DNA of 63,999 nucleotides, filler included, from Catajapyx aquilonaris (taxonomy: Eukaryota): assembly GCA_000934665.2 (NCBI GenBank). It is 4 parts of 4 records of this genome, joined end to end, with 100 filler letters (N's around TTAATTAATTAA, not from the genome) between each part and the next. Parts side by side here need not be neighbours in the genome. Positions count along the whole stretch, not along the records: positions 16,131 to 32,234 come from JYFJ02007314.1; positions 32,335 to 48,365 come from JYFJ02007315.1; 2 more parts are not named here. One strand, 5' to 3'. A program made the translations under genes and the position numbers. A model generated the notes under the pieces. The model did not search any database, was not told the origin of the DNA, and worked only from the letters and a program-made list of their open reading frames with translations. Of the stretch, positions 25,301 through 36,580 are shown in pieces (positions within the stretch are counted from its first letter, which is position 1; each line of letters begins with the position of its first letter).

Positions 25301-26185
25301 TTTCTGTAGGTTTAGGAGCTTCTTTGAGTCACATTACAATTCTTTTTGTCTGCACAATTATGCAAATTTGTCATGAAGCTGCTTGACAATTGTTCAGAAA
25401 ACACCAAAAAATACAATACGCACCACACTGTACAAGCTATACAAATCAGGTAAATTCAGTCAAATTAGCACCAGAAAACCTGGAAATATCAGGTAATCTT
25501 TTTCCTTTGGTTTGCTAGACACCCTGTTGGGGGAAAGAAATGTCACATTTTGAGATAATCAAGGCACTGACATGTGGGTGACTCACCATTCACATGACAA
25601 CAGAAAGAGCAGATAAAGGATAGTTGGTACTGGCCCATGCTAATAATGCTATTTGCATCAAGACAAGTCTGACTACAGTTTGGTGCAGTCCAGCCAGGAT
25701 ATTAATAAGTAATCTGAATGATATCTATGTGTATGCCAGTAATTTATATTGCATAATGCTATTTGAATGTAAATACATGGCATTTAAACCATAGAACTGA
25801 AACTGAGAGAGCATTTATGTCTAGAGGTTGCTCTTGAGGTTTTTTTCATGCAGGTGAGTGGCAAGTCCTAATGAGTAACTACAAGGCATTTTAAAACCTG
25901 CAGAATGACCTGCTGGATGTGGTGGCCTGCCTCCATCTATCCCGCAAGACTGTGCATCGTGTTCGTATGAACTTTGTTTTCGCCAGTGTCTATAACCTTA
26001 TTGGAATACCACTAGCAGCAGGTGTGTTCACTCCATGGAATATTGTTTTGCAAGTGAGTGTTAATGTTTTTAAGCTCATTTTTATCAGTCATGTGACATG
26101 TTAATTTCATTCAGCCTTGGATGGCCTCAGCAGCAATGGCCCTCAGCTCAGTGTCAGTGGTCTGCTCTTCACTTCTCCTCAAGTT
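16342..26185 (+). CDS. ATP7: Copper-transporting P1B-type ATPase (3' half; 5' exons and terminal exon not on this contig)
   Basis: Exons 16342-16539 ([23 protein letters not shown]), 21721-22251 (FDKTGT phosphorylation site, SEHP), 23899-24366 ([21 protein letters not shown]), 25904-26053 ([11 protein letters not shown]), 26115-26185 ([14 protein letters not shown]). CPC, YN and MxxSS are Cu+-type P1B-1 signatures. Confidence 0.96.
17168..18244. mobile_element. TTAA-flanked MITE (Kolobok-like), copy 1
   Basis: TIR GGGGGCACTACAGT, with TTAA on both sides; the opposite foldback arm has a single TTAA (empty site). Confidence 0.8.
17533..17936. mobile_element. Tc1/mariner-pogo-type MITE, copy 1
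   Basis: TIR CAGTGGAGCATCGATTATCC, TA TSD; empty site in the second Kolobok-like copy (~19570). Confidence 0.85.
18825..19036. mobile_element. Harbinger-like MITE
   Basis: TIR GAGT(A/G)CGTTTACATGGGACTAAAAATCGGC; absent from the opposite foldback arm. Confidence 0.75.
19246..19954. mobile_element. TTAA-flanked MITE (Kolobok-like), copy 2, inverted relative to copy 1
   Basis: Same TIRs and TTAA flanks; internal sequence is the reverse complement of copy 1. Confidence 0.8.
20666..21376. mobile_element. Tc1/mariner-pogo-type MITE, copy 2, carrying a SINE
   Basis: TIR CAGTGGAGCATCGATTATC, TA TSD. Confidence 0.85.
20856..21138 (+). mobile_element. tRNA-derived SINE, copy 1
   Basis: A box TGGCATAGTGG, B box GGTTCGAATCC, body ...AATAGGCCACAGCCGCTTCCTTCC, (ATT)n tail, 18-bp TSD TTAAAAATACTGTACATA. 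Confidence 0.9.
23037..23802 (+). mobile_element. Degenerate pogo/Tigger transposon remnant
   Basis: Peptide [12 protein letters not shown]...[14 protein letters not shown] matches the CENP-B/Tc5 HTH; right-end-like AGGTTTTACTG-TA at ~23790-23802. Confidence 0.65.
25000..25526. mobile_element. DNA-transposon-derived MITE
   Basis: Inverted ends CA(A/G)GGTGTCTAGCAA; subterminal AAACCTGGAAATATCAGG at both ends; TSD unclear. Confidence 0.55.
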
Positions 26186-27643
26186 GTAAGTAACTTCCAG
26201 TTGTGTTTTTGCATGATGAAAGGGTGGGCCTAGACGCAGGTTGTTTAATGCATGTCAAGTATGACTTGTTGGTTGCATGTCTGCTCAACGGTTGAGAAAA
26301 CTCTCATTCCAGACAGATCTGGATTGCGTTTTAAATCATGAAAGCCTCCTGGAAATTCCAGTTTAAGTGGGAATTGACCGTCTCAATCAGGGTTTAGGCT
26401 GGTTGAACGGATGTACTGTGGAATCACCAGTTTCTCTCTTTTTTATCTCTATTTGTACGTATTATTGATGCCTCCGCCATGAGAGAGAAGTAACAAAAAA
26501 AACTGTTGATTCAAGCAACTCAGACTTGCAAGTCGTTACACGTCATTTCTAGAGGTATTGACGTAGTTTGGGCTTCTGGGGGGGGGNNGGGGGGGGGGGG
26601 GGATGCTGAGTGCATTGTGTAATTACAGCCAGGGAAGTTGTCGGAATGCCAAGCAGGAAGGTTTATTGTTGCGATTTACGTAGTTGAACACTAGGAAAGG
26701 AGGTCAATGTAAACTAGTCTTGACTCCGTCACCAGTGGGAGGTCCCAGAATAGGGCAGGTGTAATAATGGCGTATGTCATGCAATTAGTCGGTGTAATTG
26801 CACTAAAGTCTTACTGGTTCGTATTTACCATTCTGGATTTCCCCCTCCCTTACATTTCCTCTTCACACGTGCGCTCATACGTAGCTTTTGTCTCCGCCCT
26901 CCCGCCCCCTTCTCCCGCCTCGCCCCATCTTGGTTGAAGCTTCGACCTCACGCATCAGCAGCTTAATAGCATTTTCGTGACTGGCACTTGTTACGTAAAT
27001 GGGCATTCCTGGAACCAAGTCCGTCTCTACATCATTCTGGGCTCGAACGGCAGCTTGGGCCTTATTTACTACTCTCTTCGGCGGCTCTCGTACCTTTATG
27101 ACCTCGGGAAATAATCTACTGTATATCAGTTCATTTGCGTCATCATTTTTGTAGGATTTTTTTGTGAGTGTTACCTCAATTATCCATCCTGTCGTAGCGG
27201 AAACTTTTTTTTAAATCGAAGGGATGGTTCGCATATGATAAAATACCGCTGTCCGGGAATACGAACGTTTTCGCGAAGGTCACAGTATTTCTTGTGCTGG
27301 AAGGTGCCTGTGTCAATTATCGAGATTGTTGAAAAGGAGTAGGTAGCTGTTCGCGTACTTTTGTTTTTTTTTATGTAATAATGTGCACATTATTCGTATT
27401 ATTAAATCCGTTTATGGGGAAGCAGTAACTGTACAAAATGTGTAATTTTCATAGCTATGTCGCGGGTAATAAATACGGTAATACATCTGAAACATTGTAT
27501 AATATGCCTCACGGAATCACTGTTGACTTACTGTCCTGAAGCATGCAAATCGACTTGTAGGCTTCCTTTATCACAAACACAGAACTGCGCACCTATGTAT
27601 AAGATGACAAGTTCGTGTTATTTGTCCAAGCGCGTGACAGTAC

Positions 27644-28616
27644 TTATTGTTCAGACACTTGGAATGTATCGGTGTCAGCGTCTGTGACCGGGTCTGGAAG
27701 GTCTTCTTCGTCCTCGTAGTCTTGTTGGTCTGCTGCATTGGATCGATTGTAGAGGCTGGTTAGGAAAGTTCCGTACGGAAGGTAGGCCCCTTCAAATGAC
27801 CGTCGGCAGATACCGAGTTGGTCGAGTTGACCGTTGTCGCATCGTCGCGTGGGCAACCGAACCCCGTATGTGATACTGATGCCTTCGGTGCAATTAGGCA
27901 GCAAGGTGTCCGGGTCCACGCCTAAAAAGCTGCTCTGGCCTTCTATGCCGGTATCGCACACCCTGTTGCTCTGGTTCCAACGTTGGCATGTACCGTCACG
28001 CCAGAGGACCAAACTCTGGACCACACACGGGTTGACTTTGCAACGACCCACCGCTTCCGGAAAGCTTTTCTTGAGCCTGAAAGAAAACCGTGGCCAATCA
28101 TCCAAGTCGAGTGATCGGCAAGTCACACAGACCTTCTGGAATAGTCCGGTACGAAATGTTGTCCCTGCGCGCATGGTCCCTGGCTGTAGAGCGGGTAACA
28201 CGACTGGTCTTTCGGCCAGAGGGCGTGTGGAGGCATGGGACGACATACGCAGGTTGCGTGTCCGAAGACGTCGTTGACCAGCCAGGCATTATCGGGACAG
28301 AGCCGGCTTTGGCTGTCCCGGCCCACGCACTTTGACCCTCTCCAGAGGTACAAATCCTCCCTGGGGCAGGGGTGGGGGCGACACTCCGGGATGGGCCCCG
28401 GAGCGGCAGGATTTAGGATTAGCCATTGGCCATCGGGGCAGGGTCCCTGGGCCGCCAGCAGGTAGCATGTGCCGTTGGAGGCGTCGATTTGGCCAGGAGG
28501 CCAAGGAACAAGGCCTCTGGAGTAACATTTCTTGTCCAAAGGTTCCTCCACTTTTGGCACTTCTTTCACGTCAGACTCTTTCACCTGCTTTCGTGATTCT
28601 GCTGATGATAGCCCAA
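27644..28616 (-). CDS. DUF4789-family cysteine-rich secreted protein (first exon unresolved)
   Basis: Exons 28616-28133 and 28076-27644, joined by a 56-nt GT-AG intron that reconciles two overlapping ORFs. Repeated CY.L..QGPC..GQ motif (CYLLAAQGPCPDGQW, CYPLYSQGPCAQGQ), C.C plus LWP.D..CY, and C-terminal C..G..D..G.CR are typical of arthropod DUF4789 proteins. Acidic tail. Confidence 0.8.
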
Positions 28617-30746
28617 CTGCACCGAAAAGTACAACTCATGTTAGTTATGATGGTTATAAAGATTTTTGGTCCGACAGCGAAACTAGCCAGGAATCAATTG
28701 ATTAGGTTACCTAGTCTGAGACTTTTCATACAGGAATCTCGTACCAGTCGTACGTTTGAATGAACTCAAGGTGATAGGGGTTAATGATCTCCACTAAATT
28801 AAAATTCACCATGAACATCCTAAAAAAGATTTGGTCGTGTGAAATTATGTGACTAGATCCGCGGAATTTCTTCCAAATGGATTATCCTCGAGGGTTACAG
28901 AAAATCCCTAGAGATCGCGTTCTGCAGACACAACTGAAGGTTAGCCTGTATTAATGCGACATAAGGACCCGTTTGCTGATCATGTTAATTTAAAAGCTTG
29001 CCTGTGCAACATTGGTTGACTGACCTTGTGCGTATTGAATTCTAAAGCAGACGTACTAGTTGGAGGAATTTATACGTCATTTTTTTGCGCAAGGGGTGAG
29101 TAATTTTTTGATTTCTCAACTCTGTACGTGTTTGACCTTGCATAATTATATACTAGTCCGTATGTTTGTTACGCCTGGAATTGTAGTGCCTAACAATGTG
29201 GGAACTCGATCGCGAGAATGGGACATGAGCAATGCATCCCACACCGGGTGATCGCGGTAAACTTGTAATATTGAATACTGTACATGAAAATAACCGAAAA
29301 ATTAAGTCACTTGAAAAACGTACCTCGGGTTGCGATGGGTTCCTGATGTGCGAAAATCCGATAGAGAGCAGGCCAGTTGTGCGATGTCGTCGGGGTTCCC
29401 GAGACGCCGGTGGTTATGACGAGACATGACGCCAGTACCCACATAACTCCGGTGGCGAGAGGCATCGCGTCTCCACCTCCCCCACCCTTTCTTTCTTCCC
29501 CCACACTTGTCACCAGTGTCACTGCAATACCCCCGTCAAGACGGACCCCATCCTTGATTGAACACCTCCGCAGTTCTGCTGGCGTTGAGGCACTACGAGC
29601 ATTTTCTTTAACTATCACGTGACGTGACTCCTACTCTTACGTTTTTTGCGCCCCATTTTTTCGTGGTGAAGCCAGTCTCACCTGGCTTCTTGTCTGAGGT
29701 AGGGTTTTGCCAGTTGCGTGCCAAGTGGAGGCGCCTTGCTACTATTGTGGCAAGAGAGGTCGCCTAGTGCGCTCAAGGAAGTGATCCTTCGCCTGATATG
29801 CATGCAAATTTTATGCCCTTCACACTGCACTTTTGTTTTATTTTATTATCTGCGTGTATTGACAGGAATGTCATGGTGACAAATACGGAGCCTGGCAGAG
29901 AGGCCTTCTATTTTAGTGAAATAAGCTGATTCTGCGTGGTCTAGTCTAGTGTATACAGGGTTATTAAAAATGAATCATCCGATTTCAAGTGAGGATAATT
30001 TCGTACCTATATCGTATCTTACGAGACATACGCCAATGAATGGCGAAATCTCCGCGTTTTGGGATGTGATTTTGAGATGGCGCCCCTGTCACTGTGGCTC
30101 CATCACAGGCAGTCTGTGAGGCAAGGTGGATAGCTGTGAGGAAATGACAACCACAGTTTTACTATAGTTCACTAAATATCGATAGACAGTCATAAAGTGT
30201 CACATTCGTTTGTTATTGCAGCCTCATTATTTAAGGGGGCGCAGTGGCAAAAATACGGTAAGCAAGATGGCTCTGCAGCTAGTTGGCGAAGTGAGTGTAC
30301 CGAATGTTGGTACAGCAATATAAGGCAGTTCTTGTCCCTCCGTTGCCATGACGCCTGGCCTTCCCCCACCTTCCCGCCCTACATTTCAACATTGTAGATT
30401 CGCGCCCAGCCTCGTATCTCTCCCACGACAAGCATCGCCCCTGGTGACGACCCCAAGAAGCTCCCTTACTCATGGGCAGCATAGAAGGATTTGATATTGA
30501 CTACAATCAATACACTCTACATTTTCGTGGCCTATTGGCCGCAAAAATGATTCAATCGCCACAGAAAAAGCACCAAAAAAGTAGATTATGTGGCGCAGGG
30601 CACCTACAGGGTGGACGGAAAGTTTCGGACCCCCCCCCCCCAGGTTTTTTAACCTTGCTTTTCACAGCGTCTTTTCACATCTTTTAAAAGTCCACAAGCA
30701 GTTCTAATGTACACTATCTTTTGAAGCATAATCTTGAGAACATCTC

Positions 30747-31475
30747 AGCAACTTCGCTCTCGCAATTCCAGTAATAACTTCGCCTCTGTGACTCATCTAA
30801 ACATCCTATCTGTTTTGCGTTTATTTTGCTTGTTGCCTTGGAGGACCCCTGGTCATATTCTGCGTCAGATAAGGTTTTTATGACCCTTTTCCATGAGTTC
30901 CCCTTCGTGCAAATGTTGTGAACTCACTCCTGACCTTATTTTTCGCATTGGTCCATAACCTGGTCCAATAAAAATTGGAAAAGGAATGCATGAAATGGCG
31001 GACCCGGATGCATTACTTTAGAATTGGTACCATCACATTTGTCTCCATTTTTACTTTAAAATAATTTTTTGGTGGGAAGGGACAGTAAGCAGTCCTACCT
31101 TGGTAAATTAATCAACATGACACATCCTTTCGTTCACGTCCTTTCGCACCAAAAAATTATTTTAAAGTAAAAAATGGAGACAAATGTGATGGTACCAATT
31201 CGAAAGTAATGCATCCGGGTCCGCCATTTCATGCATTCCTTTTCCAATTTTTATTGGACCAGGTTATGGACCAATGCGAAAAATAAGGCCAGGAGTGAGT
31301 TCACAACATTTGCATGAAGGGGAACCCATGGAAAAGGGTCATAAAAACCTTATCTGACGCGGAATATGACCAGGGGTCCTCCAAGGCAACAAGCAAAACA
31401 AACGCAAAACAGATAGGATGTTTAGATGAGTCACAGAGGCGAAGTTATTAATGGAATTGCGAGAGCGAAGGTGCT
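30747..31475. repeat. Long near-perfect inverted repeat (foldback/MITE)
   Basis: ~335-bp arms (30747-~31083 and ~31138-31475) with a ~55-nt spacer. Confidence 0.9.
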
Positions 31476-32234
31476 CAAGGGTGGGGTGGGGGCCAGTGGG
31501 AGGGGGTGTAACCATATGTGAGCTGAGAGGTCTCCGGAGATGAGGGTGAATGGGCCATTGTTCTTTCCCGGCTTAACGACAAGCAGATGGTCCAGGTGGC
31601 GTGTGCAAAAGTCGACTTATGGCCATCTCGAAAACGGGATTTTGAGGATTTTTGACCAATGTATATCGGGTGCAAGGAATCCGACGGAATTTCGACCAGA
31701 GCTCTACGACCTCGGGAAGTGCGAAATCTTTTCCATCCTCCTCCTATATCCTCGGATTGGGGCTTTATATATATCAGACTCGCTTTGCGAACCGGTGGGG
31801 CTCCGCCNTGCGCCCCACTTGCGCGCCTTCGGCGCGGTGCCCGTATTCCGACGTCATCCATCCGTTTACAAAACCCGTGACGTCACGGTCCACAAAAGTG
31901 TGGAGTATTAAAATTCGCCCTAGGTGACGTATCACGAAAAAATGCCACGTGGGATTAGAGTGGATGCAGCTGTCAGCGGGTGATGGATGGGGCTATTGTT
32001 CTCGGGGAGTTTGCGGATACATTAATTTGGCGATCTCGGGTTTGCGTCTACATTTAATTTGGCGATCTCGAAAACAGCTGGGAATTTTGCGATTATGAGG
32101 ATTTTTGGCATAGGTATACCGGAGGCTAGAAATACAACGGTGTAAGTCCCGTAAGCCTCTACGACGTCGGGAAGTGCGAAATCTTTTCCATCCTATATCC
32201 TCGGATTGGGGCTTTATATATATTAGAAGACTCG

Positions 32235-32334
32235 NNNNNNNNNNNNNNNNNNNNNNNNNNNNNNNNNNNNNNNNNNNNTTAATTAATTAANNNNNNNNNN
32301 NNNNNNNNNNNNNNNNNNNNNNNNNNNNNNNNNN
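32235..32334. other. Artificial contig-join spacer
   Basis: 44 N + TTAATTAATTAA + 44 N. Confidence 0.95.
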
Positions 32335-33080
32335 CGTGAGCAATGGCCAAGTTACAGCGGGAGAAATTCCATTAAAATTTTCTGATGATTAAACTTAAGG
32401 TCGACCTGGAAAAACAAAGTCAGTGGTTTAGGTTGAAGAAGTTGAGAATGCCAGTAATTGACAACGACGTTGAACTTGGCCGTATTTTAGATCTCACCAC
32501 TTTTGACGGCCAAGCAGTCAGGAGAACTTGGCCTTTTTTTACAGAAAGGTTTTTGGTGGGATGTGTTTTACGAGAAGGGGAATAAGATCCTTATGTGGTT
32601 GTTTGAAACGACGGGACATGTCTTCATACTACATGTTCCTCCGGACCTATAGTGCAAAGCTATGAAAAATGGGGAACAATATAGTTCGGATAATTTCCAG
32701 GAGTTTACTCTAGACAAGATGATACCTTTATTTGTCTTCTGGGTAGCGGGAACTTCTTTGTCATTGTGCGTGTTTGTTGTGGAAATACTGAGGAAAATGT
32801 GCGTAAAAAATCGTCTGCCTTACCTGCCTTAAAGTACCAGGCAATTACTGTGTAGAGTGCAGAGTATGTTACACTGTAGAAAAATATTTGCTGCAATGTC
32901 AAAGTATCACAACAGAATTATTCCGCATTTAATTACGATGATGTACATGTCAGTTCATCTATGTACGAGCGCATGTACAGAGTACAGTACTTGTATTCGT
33001 AGTATGTACATTTCCACAAAAATACATGTACATGTAGTCTACTGTACATACTACGTACAGTACGTAGTATGTTTTGTACA

Positions 33081-33191
33081 TGTACTATATCGCCCAAAAC
33101 CATAGAGACGATTTTGCATTTGATTCTATAGTGCAAGCTGCACTTGACTCAAATGCAAAATCGTCTCTATGTTTTTGAGCGATATAGTACA
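33081..33191. repeat. Short palindromic MITE-like element
   Basis: CATAGAGACGATTTTGCATTTGA...TCAAATGCAAAATCGTCTCTATG, with extended inverted flanks. Confidence 0.7.
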
Positions 33192-33707
33192 GTACATGTA
33201 CTTATTTTGTGGTAATGCTTCAGTACAAAATAGTTATGTAATGTTGGCACTATTTATGTAATTAATTAGGTCCGGTTCGCAATAAAATTTACACCCACTG
33301 TAAGCCTATTCATCGCATTTTATAGACCACAGGAAGCTGCAACATACGTAATTATGTATTATCGATATGTCAGATACTTATGCATGTTATAAATATTTGA
33401 AGCACAAAATTATACAGCCATTCCTGCTTTAAGAAAACCAATGAATTCATTATCGGGTGTTGTCATTATATAGGCCAGCAATTTTGATGTAAACCAGTAA
33501 TGAGGCGTACAGGATCATTAACACCCAAACGTACAGTTCTTATTGTAATAGCCTACATAAGTATTTGATGAATGCTTATACAAATTATGGAGCACTCTCC
33601 TGATTGAATCGAACCTTCACACGCGGCTTATAAGCAGCTTGCTCGAGTATTACTTTCTGCTCATTAGAAAATGGCTAAATATTTCTGTGTAGTTGGAGTA
33701 TAAATCT

Positions 33708-34726
33708 TCAACTGTTGACATCCACAAATATCCAGCCAGGTATTTCAGCCCTCCTGATTTCTTCAATCAAAGGATATGATCCGTTTAAACTCGGCAAAAT
33801 GACCATTCCACCTGCCAAAAAGCCAGTCCAAAACCCAAACAAGTCCACAGAGATGATGGAGTGGTTGCAAGAGGCCAGTGTGGCCATGTCCAGCTCCGGG
33901 TTGTCCGTGTGTCCGACCCAAAAAGTGTCACTGGAAGTCCCGACCAAATTGTCTTTGGTCCAATCCTCTTCGTCACCTGCCACGACAAATATGGCCTTTG
34001 GAAACAGCGTTCTCATCGCGTCCATTGAGTCGTTGTAGTAACGTGCCATTACTTCCGGGTGTGTTTCCACTGGAAGAGACACGTGCACTCCGATGTATTC
34101 GGATTGTCCTAAATTTCGGAGGATCGTCTGAGCTTCAGTTGATATGTCCGAGCTGTGAAGAAAAAAAAATCGTATATAAATTTAGATTACGGTCATTGTA
34201 CAGCATATGAATACCTGAATTTGAATTCCTTCGAAATTTCACTGCGGTATTGTTGGATGGACTCAATTCCCGGAGAATTTCCTTCTAACAAAACCACGCC
34301 TGTGTTTGTCACTTCTTTCAGAAACATGTCTGTGTAATGGAGAACGTTGTCGGTTCTGACTTTGGTCAGTTTCTCCACGCACACGTCTGTCTGAGGTAGG
34401 GTCAGTCCAGAGAATATGCGGACCAAAGTATGTCTCATGCTCGGCAACATTGCTCCCCACAACGAATACTGTTTGGACACAGCCCATAGTGTCGCATATT
34501 GACACATCGAATTTTCTAGTGATCCTGCACTGTCCGCTGTTAAGGTTCCCTCAGAATGCTGGTCACACTGGTCTTTTATGACTGACCATATCATGCGCAG
34601 AGGTCGGATCTTCCTCTCAGATGGAGTCAAATCTGGCTTCATTGGAAGCATATTCACGATTATAAACCATAAAATAACGACCAAATTGATGCAACAAAAC
34701 AAACGGATGTAATGTCTGCTCTTCAT
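33708..34726 (-). CDS. GT11 alpha-1,2-fucosyltransferase-like protein, copy A (degenerate catalytic motifs)
   Basis: Exons 34726-34215 and 34152-33708 (phase-2 intron after EFKF). N-terminal TM helix, FVVAGDEEDW, LDMATLASCNHSIIS..FGFW..FLAG. The usual GxLGN and HxRRxDY motifs read GSLEN and HVSLPVE. Confidence 0.85.
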
Positions 34727-34974
34727 TGAAACTGAGCCACACTGTCACAAGATTATTGAAAAAAACACTGCCTTTCACTTAACTGAAGCTACAACTGGAG
34801 AGCAATGGCTAATCTTATCTCAACGGCACGTTACTTGGCAGTTATCTGATTGTGGTCAAAGTTTGATTTCGAAAGGTGTGTTTGCTTTCGTTCGGAAAGA
34901 AATTGTTTTCTTATCATCACAATTTATTCATATACAGTAGTTTATTGCACTATGGTACACATGTCACCATTTAA

Positions 34975-35972
34975 TTACTCATCATCCAAAAAAATCCAGC
35001 CAGGCATATTTGCCTTCCTGGCCTCCTCTGTTATTGGGTGAGGTTTTTCGCAATCAGGATCTGCCATTATTGTCATTCCTCCTACCAAATAAGCAGACCA
35101 GAAGCCAAAACTTCCCATTGTAATAATCGAATTATTGCAGGCAGCGAGTGTGGCCATGTCCAATTCTAGGTTGTCTCTATGTCCGACCCAAACTGTGTCC
35201 TTTAAGTTGGGTTCGACAACGAGTGTCTTGGCCCATTCTTCGTCGTCGCCACAAACGACAAACAGAGGGTTTGGCAGGATCTGTCGCATGTAACCCATGG
35301 CTTTACGAAAGTAATTGTCTCCAACTGGTGTACACCCGAAGATAATCGGCATATGTTCGACGTAGTCAGTTCGACGGACGTGTACGCCTACGAATGTACC
35401 GTTGTGCTTCATGCTTCTGAGAATTGTCTGAGCACCAGTAGATAAGTCTGAACTGCAGGGAGGGAAATATCAGAAACAATTTTTTATAATATTTCTAATA
35501 CATGTTACCTGAACTTAAACTCCTTCAGTATGTCTCTTCGGTACGGTTGAAACGATGAAATACGAAAAGGACCGTAATCTATCTGACCACCCGTCCTTTT
35601 CACCTCCTTCACATATTCTTCGGACAGTTGATAAAACATTTCGATAGACGTCTTTGTGAAATTTTCCTCGCACACTTTGGTAACAGGCAGGGTCAATCCT
35701 GGGAAGACTCGAATCATTACCTTATTCATGGCTGGACGAACAGCTGCCCCGGGTATGGAGAACTTCTTGGACACACACCACAAAAGTGCGTAGTACATCA
35801 TCATATTGCCTAGGTGACCATCCGAAATTATGGACAACACTCCAGAGGTTGGTTCGTGCTGATTGCAGTGGTATTTCACCATGGATGTCCTATTCGGGAT
35901 ATTCCATGTTGATAGTATGATGCATGTGGTGACAACGAGGAGTAACAATGCGTAGAAATATTTCAGTCTCAT
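34975..35972 (-). CDS. GT11 alpha-1,2-fucosyltransferase-like protein, copy B
   Basis: Exons 35972-35509 and 35452-34975. Type II TM anchor, GHLGNMM, FVGVHVRRTDY, FVVCGDD, DMATLAACNNSIITMGSFGFWSAYL. Confidence 0.9.
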
Positions 35973-36336
35973 TGTTTGATGATTCTGCAATATTCAGCAA
36001 TTAGTTGCAGGAGTGATGAGGAGGTATACAAAAATAAATAATCTCATATTTGAAAGGCTGACTTACCGTTTTATAATAAGAAGACTGTACTCAGCAGCAT
36101 CAGCGCCATGTCATCAGCGTATGTGCACTCATGACAGACATGACTCACATTTGCAACACACTTTGTAAATTTTTTTATTTAGTTTGAAAACAAAAAGAGA
36201 AGGCTGGACCGGAGCAGGATGCGTTGCATGTGGAGAGGTAACACGAACTCGTCCATATTTGACGAACATCTGTAACGAACGCTATTACACAACATATGCC
36301 ATTAATATATTTTATTGCATCATTATGACCCGATTT

Positions 36337-36400
36337 CACGAATCATCCATAACAATCCAGCCGCCTGGAATATTGGCCGCTGTGGCCTCAGCTGTTATTA
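36337..36400 (-). pseudogene. 3'-terminal remnant of a GT11 copy
   Basis: Minus strand reads ITAEATAANIPGGWIVMDDS*, compared with copy D ITAEAKAAKIPGWIFMDDS*. The cluster's shared 3' flank (tttattgca.cattatga) lies at ~36190-36335; the rest of the gene is missing. Confidence 0.75.
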
Positions 36401-36580
36401 CAGTGCTTCCCAATAACGTAATATTTCCCAGCCACTTCAAAGGAGAACAATGGGTCATTCCAAAAGACGTAAAGCGTGTCTATACTTTGTCATTTCTAAA
36501 ATGAAAAGTATACTTGGCATACTGCTCTGATACTCTCAGGCGCATTTCGTCGAAGCTATACGAGTGCTTATTAGCAATAA

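Noticed and set aside
28098..28246. Programmed frameshift between the two overlapping DUF4789 ORFs
   Set aside because: A canonical 56-nt GT-AG intron (28132-28077) restores the frame.
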